Position numbers and translations under genes: made by a program. Below are positions 26,609 to 36,018 of a stretch of 64,000 nt of DNA, in pieces; within the stretch, counting starts at the first letter, position 1; each line of letters opens with the position of its first letter. The stretch lies in assembly GCA_030537855.1 (NCBI GenBank), contig JAUNVD010000002.1, forward strand, positions 19,745 to 83,744, read 5' to 3'. The notes under the pieces are model-generated. The model searched no databases and had not been told where the DNA came from. It saw only the letters and a program-made list of their open reading frames with translations. This stretch comes from Tissierellia bacterium. Lineage in GTDB: Bacteria > Bacillota > Clostridia > Tissierellales > Peptoniphilaceae.

Positions 26609-29299
26609 ATGCTTAAAAAAGAAAGCAAATATTTAAAGATATTTATAATGATACTAATTCTATTCATTTTCAGTCCCGTAAGTATATATGCGGATCAATT
26701 AGATTTCTATGCCATTTATAATGAGCAAATGAAAGGTGAAATCAAGATAACAGGGAACACGTTACAAACTCCTGATTCCAATTCACTAAATTCTGATGAA
26801 ATTGAAAAAATATTGACTGGCAAAAAATTGGAAAATAATAATGATTTGTTTATGACTCACTTAGATGTAGATGGAGATGGGAATACGATAAACTCCTCTT
26901 CTGCAGACCTGGAGATTTCTCCTGGCGCTAAGATACACAGGGCTTTTCTTGTTTGGGGAGCAAATGTAACTAAAGAAAAAACAGATGTACCAACTGTAGT
27001 AACAGAAAGTAAACCACCAACAATTGAAATTAAAACGCCAAAAATGGATTATAAAAAGTTGAAACCCACACACTGGAATCAGTTTACAAAAAAAGATAAT
27101 GTGAAATATGATTATACCGCTTATGTAGATGTAACTGAGATCGTTAAGGATGGAGGAGCAGGAACGTATACATGTGCGAATATCCCTCAAGGAACAGGAG
27201 CAAAGGATGTATATGGTGGTTGGTCTTTAATTACTGTCTTCGAAGATAAAACAAAGCCTTTAAATGACTTATCTATATACTTTGGACATAAAATTGTAAC
27301 AAGCAAAGCTCCAGGTAACCTTCTGGAAATTCCTATTCAAGGTTTTAAGACTCCGGATCAAGGGGAGGTTCATGCCAAACTTGGGATAGTTACTTGGGAA
27401 GGGGATCGGAAAAAAGGAAACGAGAAGTGTAAAGATTCTTTAACATTTGGAGGGAAAAAACTTTCGGATGTTCTAACGAATGAAGATAATTTTTTTGATT
27501 CTGGAGTAACCTATAATGAAAAATTAATAGGAAATAGAAATCCTGCTTATGTTAATAATCTAGGTATTGATGCTAAAATTTTCAATCAAGATGGAGTATT
27601 AAAGAATAGTGTAAATTCTACTACTTTAAAACTAGAAAGTAATTGGGAATGGTATTACCCAACAATAGTTACTACAGAAATTGAACTTTATGCTCCTGAT
27701 ATCAAAGTAGAAAAAGAAGTAAAAAATATTAATGGAAGTAAAATTGCAAAATTTGGAGATATTTTAGAATATACAGTTGAAGTAAAAAATCAATCCACAG
27801 ATACATCAATCAATACCATCGCTTCAGATATATTACCAGAAGGAATAGACTATGTACCTAATACCATTAAAGTATTAGAGGAATCGAAATTCGTTTCAAA
27901 AACAGATGAATCGGGAGATGATAACTGTGAATATGATAGTTCAAACCGAAAAATAGTTTTACGAATAGGAAAAGATTCTGTTAATACAGGAGAAGTAAAA
28001 GGTGGAAATCTTAGTAAAGATGAAGTTTTCATAGCTAAATTTCAAGGAAAAGTAAACGAAAAAAAATTAGGTTCCGTAATTAGAAATACAGTAAAAGTTA
28101 ACTTTGATGGTAGTGTTGCTAAAAGTCTAGAAGAAGAAGGCTCTGTTGAGATTACTACCGAAGAATTGAATTCTGGTCTAACTCTTTCAAAACAAGCAAA
28201 TAAGAAATCAAACACACCATTAAAACTAGGGGAAGTCATTACCTATACTTTTATTGTTAAAAATACGGGAAATAACACTATTTATAACATTGATATTTCA
28301 GATCCTTTAAAAGGATTATCAAAAATAAGTATTGATAAAAAAGATTTAGAACCTGGGGAAACTTTAACAGGAAAAGCGAATTATATAGTAACAAAGAAGG
28401 ATGTATCCATAGGAAAAATAGAAAATATAGCATCAGCAACAGGAGAAACTGTAAAGGGAGAAAAAGTGGAAGCTTCCGATACTCTCGTTTTAGGACGAGG
28501 AGAAACTCCAGAACCAGGAGGAACTGGAGGGCACTCTACAGGAAAGAAACACTATAAGGTAAAGAAAAATCCTGATATATCTCTAAATCGCGAACTACAC
28601 TATGCATATATGTTTGGCTATCCCCAAGGAGACTTTAGACCGGAACGACCCATTACTCGTGCAGAAGCTGCTGTTCTCTTTACAAGACTTAGTGTAGAAA
28701 CAGGAGATCCTGGTGTTTCAGATACTAAGTATCCTGATGTAGTCCAAGATAGTTGGTATGCAGATGCTGTGAATTATCTAAGCCATAAAGGGATTATTAA
28801 AGGTTATGAAGATGGCCTTTTCCGTCCAAATCAAGAAATTTCAAGGGCGGAATTTGCAGCCATTGCCAGTCGATATGAAAGATACACTGGTGATACCGTT
28901 AAGAACTTCCCAGATGTAGATAAAACACATTGGGCAATGAATGATATTAATAGTGCGTCCTCAGCAGGTTGGATCAATGGGTATCCAGACGGAACCTTTA
29001 AGCCGGCACAAAGTATTACTCGTGCAGAAGTGGTTACCATTGTGAATCGCATGCTTTATAGAGTCTGTGATAAAGAATTTATTCTAAGTCATTTGAAAGA
29101 CGAAAATTTAAGAACCTTTACGGATCTACAAGATTTGAAATACTGGGCATTCTTTGAAATTATGGAAGCAACCAATGGTCATGATTTTAATCGATTGGAA
29201 GATGGAAAGAATGAGAAATGGCTACTATTAAATGACAAAGATTTTTACTATGACAAACATTTAAAGGATATGAAAGTCAATAAAAAATATTATAAGTAA
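26609..29299 (+). CDS. SLH-anchored surface protein, paralog 2 (896 aa): head + DUF11-type domain + 1 repeat + 3 SLH + tail
   Basis: RBS AAGGAGAG and a signal peptide. Same domain order as paralog 1, with a single ITYTFIVKNTGNNTI repeat. Confidence 0.9.
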   Translation: MLKKESKYLKIFIMILILFIFSPVSIYADQLDFYAIYNEQMKGEIKITGNTLQTPDSNSLNSDEIEKILTGKKLENNNDLFMTHLDVDGDGNTINSSSADLEISPGAKIHRAFLVWGANVTKEKTDVPTVVTESKPPTIEIKTPKMDYKKLKPTHWNQFTKKDNVKYDYTAYVDVTEIVKDGGAGTYTCANIPQGTGAKDVYGGWSLITVFEDKTKPLNDLSIYFGHKIVTSKAPGNLLEIPIQGFKTPDQGEVHAKLGIVTWEGDRKKGNEKCKDSLTFGGKKLSDVLTNEDNFFDSGVTYNEKLIGNRNPAYVNNLGIDAKIFNQDGVLKNSVNSTTLKLESNWEWYYPTIVTTEIELYAPDIKVEKEVKNINGSKIAKFGDILEYTVEVKNQSTDTSINTIASDILPEGIDYVPNTIKVLEESKFVSKTDESGDDNCEYDSSNRKIVLRIGKDSVNTGEVKGGNLSKDEVFIAKFQGKVNEKKLGSVIRNTVKVNFDGSVAKSLEEEGSVEITTEELNSGLTLSKQANKKSNTPLKLGEVITYTFIVKNTGNNTIYNIDISDPLKGLSKISIDKKDLEPGETLTGKANYIVTKKDVSIGKIENIASATGETVKGEKVEASDTLVLGRGETPEPGGTGGHSTGKKHYKVKKNPDISLNRELHYAYMFGYPQGDFRPERPITRAEAAVLFTRLSVETGDPGVSDTKYPDVVQDSWYADAVNYLSHKGIIKGYEDGLFRPNQEISRAEFAAIASRYERYTGDTVKNFPDVDKTHWAMNDINSASSAGWINGYPDGTFKPAQSITRAEVVTIVNRMLYRVCDKEFILSHLKDENLRTFTDLQDLKYWAFFEIMEATNGHDFNRLEDGKNEKWLLLNDKDFYYDKHLKDMKVNKKYYK

Positions 29300-29310
29300 A
29301 TTGTTAAAAA

Positions 29311-29337
29311 GGCTCAACTTCGGTTGGGTCTTTTTTA
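29311..29337 (+). terminator. intrinsic terminator of paralog 2 (sequence-related to the paralog 1 terminator)
   Basis: GGCTCAAC-ttcg-GTTGGGTC plus TTTTTT. Confidence 0.75.
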
Positions 29338-29792
29338 TTTGATTGATAATGATAAGACTAAATTCATTTACTCCCTTTCATATATGAATTAACAATTAAA
29401 AGATATAATACATAAGATGGACTTTTGTTATTAAAAAATAAAATCTTAACAATGGTGTTTTATGATATAAAAAAATAAATTGAAGTATTTAGAATAAAGA
29501 AAAAAATTTTTAATTATAACAACATGATTAAAAATAAAAAAGAAGTTTTAAACTAATAAACAATTTAGTTTATATATGTTAAAATATGGTAAAGAATAAT
29601 TTTTCAAGGAATTTAAATAATATTTATAAATAAAATAGCTATAAATAAGAAAATTTCTTTTAAAATTGTGAGAATTTATGTCCATGAAGGAGAGGATTTA
29701 TGAAAGGGGAAAAGCTTTTACTTAAATGATTTTATGTTTTATATTGTGTTGAAAGTAAATGAAAAAGTAAGGAAGAAAGGAAGGTTGATACC

Positions 29793-32700
29793 ATGAAGGA
29801 GAAAGGAAGAATAAAGGGACCTCTGTCGTTTATCTTAACGATTTTGATGATAATGATACTGTCCACGTCGGTTTTTGCAGTTAACGAAGCAGAATTTACC
29901 CAAATTTATAAAAAACAAATGAGAGGGGAAATAAAGATTATTGGGAATACCTTACAAAAACCAAAGGGAAAAACAACTCCACCGGTTAATAAGAATAATA
30001 ATGATTTTACCATGGAACTCGTAGACACAGATGGTGATACAAGTACGAAAAGTTCTTCTTCTGCAGATTTAGAAATTAATACTGGGGCTAAGGTTGCAAA
30101 AGCCTATTTAATCTGGGGAGCAACTGCAGATGGAGAAACTAATGTAGAAGTAAGTGATGCTAAACCACCTACCATTAAGTTCAAAATACCAGGTGGAGAA
30201 TATGAAGAATTAACAGCTGGAATGGTGACAACAGACATTATAGGTAGTACTCCTAGTGAAATAAAAGGCTGGAATAATCTTGGGAATGGGGGTTATAAAA
30301 GTGCTTATACAGCTTGTGCAGATGTGACGGATCTTGTTAAAGAAAAAGGAGGTCCTGGGACCTATTGGGTTGCTGATATACCACAAGGCACAGAACTTAC
30401 TGATAGATTTGGAGGCTGGTCACTTGTTGTCGTCTTTGAAGATGAAAGTAAACCTTTAAATGATTTATCTATATTCTTTGGTCATAAAGCTTTAAGTAAA
30501 GTGGAAGAGGAAGATATTGAGATTACAGGAATTAAAACACCAAAAAATGATGCTGTTTTGGGAAAAGTTGGTATGGTTGTTTGGGAAGGAGATGCCGGTA
30601 ATAAAGGAGATGGATTTTTATTAAATGATATCCCTCTATCTGATAATGCATCTCCCATTGATAATTTCTTCAATTCTAGAATTTCTAACGAAGGAGTTCT
30701 TCTAACAAATAGAAATCCAAACTTTGAAAATAATATGGGAATTGATGCAAAAATTATAAATATTGATGGTAAATTAGAGAATAATGTTACAGAGGCTAGA
30801 TTCACTTTTAAGACTGATGGAGATTGGTATTATCCCACGATTTTAACCAGTCAAATTCAATTATATCAACCTGAAATTAATCCTAAGAAAAGCGTTACAG
30901 TATTTAGAGACGGAGATAAAATCACTGGAGATGCAAAAATTGGGGATGACCTGGAATATATCATTGAATTAGAAAATGAAGGAAAAGATACAGCGAAAGA
31001 GATAGTTCTTACCGATACCTTACCAAAGGGAATAACTTTGGATCAGACTTCCATAAAAATTCAAAAGCCTAAGGACTCCGCATTTGTAGGTCCTGATCCT
31101 GACACTGTTAGTTATGACGAAAATGAGGGTAAACTTAAAGTATTTGTTGGAGAAGGAGCAACTGGAACAACAGGAGGCACATTATCTTTTGAAGAAGTTT
31201 ATAAGGTAAAATATAAAGCAAAGATTAACGAAAAAGCATATAAAAATGGAACCACAAATAAGGTAGCAGTAGATTACAATGGGGAAGATGGCGCAGTTAA
31301 TCTAACAGGAGAAACAGAAGTTACCGTTCCTATGGAACCGGAAAATCCCATTATAGAAATTACAAAAACAGCAGAAGCACCGACTGAACTTAAAGTTGGG
31401 GAAAAGATTAAATACAAATTTGAGATTTCAAATAAAGGAAATGTCAAATTACAAGATTTTACACTTACAGATAAGAAATTAGGAATAATAAATGAAGAAA
31501 TTGTCGGTTCATTGGAACCAGGAAAAACAATGGAAGTTCAACATAAGGACTATTTTGATTATCAAATCACACAAGATGATGTTGATAAAGGTATAATTGC
31601 CAATACAGCTACGGTAACAGGAAAATCATTATCTGGTAAAGAAGATGATGATACTGATTCGGCAAAACCTATAAAAATCCCGGCGAAGGGGGAATTAACC
31701 TTTACTAAGTTGGCAAATGTAGGTGAATTGCCAGATAAAGATGGAAAGATTAAGTATACATTTAAAGTAAAAAATACAGGAAATGTGACCTTACATGATA
31801 TAAATGTGGCTGACCCTATGCTTAATTTATCAGATATAACTTGGGATAACAAGACCTTAGCACCAGGTAAAGAAGCTGAAGGAACGGCAACCTATACCGT
31901 TACCCAAGATGATGTGGATAAAGGATTAACAAATGTAGCAACTCTAACAGCAAAGACTCCTTCAAATTTTGAGTTGAAAGCAACGGATTCTGTAACCTTA
32001 GATTCCACTGGAGTGGCTCAATTAGAATTTGAAAAAACATCGGATGTAGCAAAAGATAAATCAGCCACTTTAGGTCAAAAAATCACCTATACCTTTACAG
32101 TAAAAAATACAGGTACAATAACTTTAGAAGATATAGAAGTAGAAGATCCTTTCTTTAGTTCATCAAGTATTACTTGGGATAAAACGACTTTACCACCAAA
32201 TGAAACAGCTACAGGAACGGCAACCTATACAGTTATTCAATATGATGTGGATAATGGTTTTATTAAGAATCAAGCTACTGTTACTGCGAAGCCTATAGGA
32301 AAAGATAAGCCTATAACCCAAACGAAGACTTTAATCATTCGAACTGAACAAAAACCAGATTATACTTTAACGAAGACGAGTGATAAAGATGGAAACTATA
32401 AATTAATTGCCGGAGATACTATTAAATATCGTTTTAAAATTGAAAATATAGGAAATGTTAAACTTGAAGATATTAAGTTAGAAGATAAACTTGAAGGATT
32501 ATCAAATATTACGTTAGATAAAAAAGTACTACCTAAAGGAGAATCTACAGAAGTATCTGCGGATTATATAGTAAAACAAAAAGATGTGGATAATGGTGTA
32601 TTAACAAATTATGCAAAAGCAAGTGCAAATACATTAAACAAACCAGAAGATGTAGATGATATTATTCGAACCAATTTTGTTTCTTTATTTGCAGACCGAC

Positions 32701-34193
32701 AACCGGCTCTTACCTTAGAAAAGACTTCAGACAAGGCCGAAGATTATAAATTAGTTGCTGGAGATACCATCATCTATACCTTTAAAGCGAAAAATACTGG
32801 AAATGTTACGTTAACGGATATTAGTGTAACGGATAAGCTAAAGGGTATATCGGATGTAACTTGGGATAAAACAGAAATTGCTCCGGGGAAAACTGCCATA
32901 GGTAGAGCCACTTATATCATAAAACAAAGTGATGTGGATAAAGGTGAGATTGTCAATACTGCCACTGCTAAGGCCAAAGGGCCTGTAGGTACAGTACCTC
33001 CTGTATCGGAACCTGCTTCTTTGACCATTCCTGCGAAAAAGGCACCGGGAATCACCTTAAAGAAGACGGTGGATCGTAATCCAAATCAACCATTAAGAGT
33101 TGGAGAAACTATCATCTATCAATTTGAATATGAAAATACTGGAAATGTAACCTTAAATAATATTACTATTAAGGATGCAATGAAAGGTCTTTCAGAAATT
33201 GAAATGGATCGTAGTACTCTTTTACCTGGAGAGATTGGTCATGGAAAGGCAACCTATACTGTAACAGCAAAAGATATAGCAATAGGTTTCATTAAAAATA
33301 ATGCCAAAGTATCAGCAACGACTTTCCAAACGGATCCAACGGTAACCGGAGAAGAAGTTATAGCCACTGCCTCTATTACCATTGGTCGTAAAGGTGGAGG
33401 AATGGGAGGTTCTTCTGGAGGAAGTCATGGCTCTGGAACCATTGTGGTGAAACCGGATGTGATAAATCCTGATATTTCCCTAAATCGTGAACTACACTAT
33501 GCCTATATGTTTGGATATCCTCAAGGAGACTTTAGACCGGAACGAGCCATTACTCGTGCCGAAGCTGCTGTTCTCTTTACAAGACTTAGTGTGGAAACAG
33601 GAGATCCTGGTGTTTCAAAAGCAGAGTATCCAGATGTTCCTCAAGATACTTGGTATTCAGATGCTGTAAATTATCTAAGCCATAAGGGAATCATCAAAGG
33701 ATATGAAGATGGTCTTTTCCGACCGAATCAAGAAATTTCAAGGGCAGAATTCGCAGCTATTGCCAGTCGTTACGAAAGATATTCTGGGGATACTGAAAAG
33801 ACTTTCCCAGATGTAGATAAGAATCATTGGGCGATAAAAGATATTAGTAGTGCTGCTTCTGCAGGTTGGATCAATGGGTATCCTGACGGAACCTTTAAGC
33901 CGGCACAAAGTATTACTCGTGCAGAAGTGGTTACCATTGTGAATCGTATGCTTCACCGTGTATGTGACAAAGAATTTATTCTAAGTCATTTGAAAGATAA
34001 AAAGCTTAGAACTTTTACAGATTTACAAGATGTGAAGTACTGGGCATTCTTTGAAATTATGGAAGCAACCAATGGTCATGATTTCAACAGACTGAAAGAT
34101 GGATCCGAGGAATGGATTAAATTAAATGACAAGGACTTTTACTATGACAAGCATTTGGAAGATATGAAAGTCAACGAAAAATTTTATAAGTAA
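29793..34193 (+). CDS. SLH-anchored giant surface protein, paralog 3 (1466 aa): head + DUF11-type domain + 6 repeats + 3 SLH + tail
   Basis: Signal peptide ending VFA/VN. Same domain order as the other two paralogs, with six more diverged repeats. Confidence 0.9.
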   Translation: MKEKGRIKGPLSFILTILMIMILSTSVFAVNEAEFTQIYKKQMRGEIKIIGNTLQKPKGKTTPPVNKNNNDFTMELVDTDGDTSTKSSSSADLEINTGAKVAKAYLIWGATADGETNVEVSDAKPPTIKFKIPGGEYEELTAGMVTTDIIGSTPSEIKGWNNLGNGGYKSAYTACADVTDLVKEKGGPGTYWVADIPQGTELTDRFGGWSLVVVFEDESKPLNDLSIFFGHKALSKVEEEDIEITGIKTPKNDAVLGKVGMVVWEGDAGNKGDGFLLNDIPLSDNASPIDNFFNSRISNEGVLLTNRNPNFENNMGIDAKIINIDGKLENNVTEARFTFKTDGDWYYPTILTSQIQLYQPEINPKKSVTVFRDGDKITGDAKIGDDLEYIIELENEGKDTAKEIVLTDTLPKGITLDQTSIKIQKPKDSAFVGPDPDTVSYDENEGKLKVFVGEGATGTTGGTLSFEEVYKVKYKAKINEKAYKNGTTNKVAVDYNGEDGAVNLTGETEVTVPMEPENPIIEITKTAEAPTELKVGEKIKYKFEISNKGNVKLQDFTLTDKKLGIINEEIVGSLEPGKTMEVQHKDYFDYQITQDDVDKGIIANTATVTGKSLSGKEDDDTDSAKPIKIPAKGELTFTKLANVGELPDKDGKIKYTFKVKNTGNVTLHDINVADPMLNLSDITWDNKTLAPGKEAEGTATYTVTQDDVDKGLTNVATLTAKTPSNFELKATDSVTLDSTGVAQLEFEKTSDVAKDKSATLGQKITYTFTVKNTGTITLEDIEVEDPFFSSSSITWDKTTLPPNETATGTATYTVIQYDVDNGFIKNQATVTAKPIGKDKPITQTKTLIIRTEQKPDYTLTKTSDKDGNYKLIAGDTIKYRFKIENIGNVKLEDIKLEDKLEGLSNITLDKKVLPKGESTEVSADYIVKQKDVDNGVLTNYAKASANTLNKPEDVDDIIRTNFVSLFADRQPALTLEKTSDKAEDYKLVAGDTIIYTFKAKNTGNVTLTDISVTDKLKGISDVTWDKTEIAPGKTAIGRATYIIKQSDVDKGEIVNTATAKAKGPVGTVPPVSEPASLTIPAKKAPGITLKKTVDRNPNQPLRVGETIIYQFEYENTGNVTLNNITIKDAMKGLSEIEMDRSTLLPGEIGHGKATYTVTAKDIAIGFIKNNAKVSATTFQTDPTVTGEEVIATASITIGRKGGGMGGSSGGSHGSGTIVVKPDVINPDISLNRELHYAYMFGYPQGDFRPERAITRAEAAVLFTRLSVETGDPGVSKAEYPDVPQDTWYSDAVNYLSHKGIIKGYEDGLFRPNQEISRAEFAAIASRYERYSGDTEKTFPDVDKNHWAIKDISSAASAGWINGYPDGTFKPAQSITRAEVVTIVNRMLHRVCDKEFILSHLKDKKLRTFTDLQDVKYWAFFEIMEATNGHDFNRLKDGSEEWIKLNDKDFYYDKHLEDMKVNEKFYK
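31340..33390 (+). repeat. in-frame tandem array of 6 diverged ~105-120-aa coding repeats
   Basis: Hand count. Repeat cores are KYKFEISNKGNVKL, KYTFKVKNTGNVTL, TYTFTVKNTGTITL, KYRFKIENIGNVKL, IYTFKAKNTGNVTL and IYQFEYENTGNVTL. Confidence 0.8.
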
Positions 34194-34226
34194 GGTTTGG
34201 TAAAATCCTTTGATTTATCATAATAT

Positions 34227-34266
34227 CAAAAAGCTGTTTTGGAAATGAATCCAAAACAGCTTTTTA
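34227..34266. terminator. bidirectional intrinsic terminator (paralog 3 / chorismate mutase)
   Basis: AAAAGCTGTTTTGG / CCAAAACAGCTTTT with A- and T-runs on either side. Confidence 0.8.
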
Positions 34267-34539
34267 CTATTTCTTTGCGTTTATCAAATCTTCTTGCATA
34301 TGACGGGAAACTTTCATAGTGTCTTCAAAAAATTCTTTTACATATTCTTTCATTTCTTCAGGCGTACGAGAAACGGCCTTGTCAATAACCTTTTGCTCTC
34401 GATCTTTATGGAGAACAGGCAAGTTATTTTCTATTTTATAATTGGCCACTCCTTTGACAATCTCCATTCTTTTTAAAAATAATTCTACGAATTGTCCGTC
34501 AATTTCATCAATTTCTTTTCTCAATTCTTCTAAATTCAT
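34267..34539 (-). CDS. AroQ-class chorismate mutase (90 aa)
   Basis: LRKEIDEIDGQFVELFLKRMEIVKGVANYK is a typical CM type 2 helix bundle. RBS GGAGG. Confidence 0.8.
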   Translation of the reverse strand: MNLEELRKEIDEIDGQFVELFLKRMEIVKGVANYKIENNLPVLHKDREQKVIDKAVSRTPEEMKEYVKEFFEDTMKVSRHMQEDLINAKK

Positions 34540-34548
34540 ATCGTCCTC

Positions 34549-35991
34549 CTACATAAGTATATTTGCTAAGGGATAACCAATAAATGTGGCAATAACAACT
34601 GCTACAAAGGCGATGATCGATCCATATATTGCTAGTGACTTTGCTGTAGTCCAACCGGATGCTCCTGCTATTGCTACACATGGCATAGCTGGTGGGAAAG
34701 CAAAGGAGAAGGAAGCCATTGTTCCAATAATTGCACATACAGCTGCGGTATTTACAGATCCTTTTGTTGCTAAGGTAATAGGTATGGCAATGGCAGTGAC
34801 TACTGTTACTGTAACCATATTACTAGATAAGTTGGTTTGGATGGCAGCCCAAAGTGTTAAAACAAAGACCATAGCTAAAGGAGCCATTGTTTCTGCCATA
34901 GGAGCAATCATCTTTCCTAATTGGTCTGTTAATCCAATCTCTGGATTACTAAGGGCAGATCCTAAGGCTAATGTTCCAGAAGCCATAATCAAAGCTGCCC
35001 AAGGAACTCCTTGTTTCATTCCATCAGTAAATTTTAATAAAGGCTTTCCATTATCTGAAACAATGGATAGTAATACAACCCCAAGTAATGGTGGGAAGGC
35101 TGTTCCTAATTCTTTCATTTTTCCAGCGAAAGAAGGTAAGATAGACTTCGTTAAATCTGGTAAGACCCAAAGAGCGACAACAATGGCAAAAATCCCAAGT
35201 ACCTTTTTTTCTTGGCCACCCATAGGATCTTTTTCAAGTTTTAATTGATCTAAATCCTTGATGTGTAATGCTTTCATATCTGGTTTCATAATATAACGAA
35301 ATACAAGTAAGGAACCGATAAAACTCAATAGACCGGTGGGGATGGCATAGGCCATATATTGTGTATAGGTAATAGCTTCTTTTGTAGCTTCTTGGAAAAA
35401 TCCTAGTGCCATTAAAGGAAAGACATGGGCGATAGGAGTCATTCCACTGGAAATTCCACAACAAATAACAAGTCCTATCATAAGCATAGAAGCTGCAGAA
35501 TCTCCTTTTTTCAACTGAAGTACATGGTACATTTCTTCAATAATAGGTAGGTAAATAATAAATAAAACCGTTGGTGAAATAAATGAACCTACAAATAAAA
35601 TAGAAATAAAAAATAAAATTGCTAAATACCAAGGACCTTTTTTTGCCCATTTACTAGTGACAAATGCCATGGCACATCGACGAATAAAAGGTGTTTCTGA
35701 TAGTGCATAAGTACATAAAAAAGTAAACATTAAAAATGCAAAGGTTGAGTTACCAAAGGATGATCCGAGTATTCCCTTCATATCCAGTCCTGTAACTAAC
35801 GCTAAACCTCCCATACAAAGTACACTTGGCCAATCTATAGCAACAGTTAGCCATAGAATTAAGGTACCTAGAAAAATCCCTAGTACTTGAATTCCTCCTT
35901 GGGTCATTCCTCCAGGTGGTGGTAGTACAAATCCTGAGAAAAAAACGATTAAAGCTATGATAACTTTAATGGCACGATTTTTATCTTTCAT
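34549..35991 (-). CDS. DASS/SLC13-type anion (di/tricarboxylate) permease
   Basis: About 12 or more TM segments and ArsB/NhaD-superfamily-like sequence. RBS AGGAGG. Confidence 0.7.
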   Translation of the reverse strand: MKDKNRAIKVIIALIVFFSGFVLPPPGGMTQGGIQVLGIFLGTLILWLTVAIDWPSVLCMGGLALVTGLDMKGILGSSFGNSTFAFLMFTFLCTYALSETPFIRRCAMAFVTSKWAKKGPWYLAILFFISILFVGSFISPTVLFIIYLPIIEEMYHVLQLKKGDSAASMLMIGLVICCGISSGMTPIAHVFPLMALGFFQEATKEAITYTQYMAYAIPTGLLSFIGSLLVFRYIMKPDMKALHIKDLDQLKLEKDPMGGQEKKVLGIFAIVVALWVLPDLTKSILPSFAGKMKELGTAFPPLLGVVLLSIVSDNGKPLLKFTDGMKQGVPWAALIMASGTLALGSALSNPEIGLTDQLGKMIAPMAETMAPLAMVFVLTLWAAIQTNLSSNMVTVTVVTAIAIPITLATKGSVNTAAVCAIIGTMASFSFAFPPAMPCVAIAGASGWTTAKSLAIYGSIIAFVAVVIATFIGYPLANILM

Positions 35992-36018
35992 AATATCCTC
36001 CTTTTCTTATTTTGACAT

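Noticed and set aside
34586-35248. 220-aa plus-strand ORF in the track.
   Set aside because: It lies fully antisense to the DASS transporter gene. It is an Ala/Ile/Thr-rich shadow frame of a membrane protein with no RBS. The minus-strand gene has a strong RBS and a family-like sequence.
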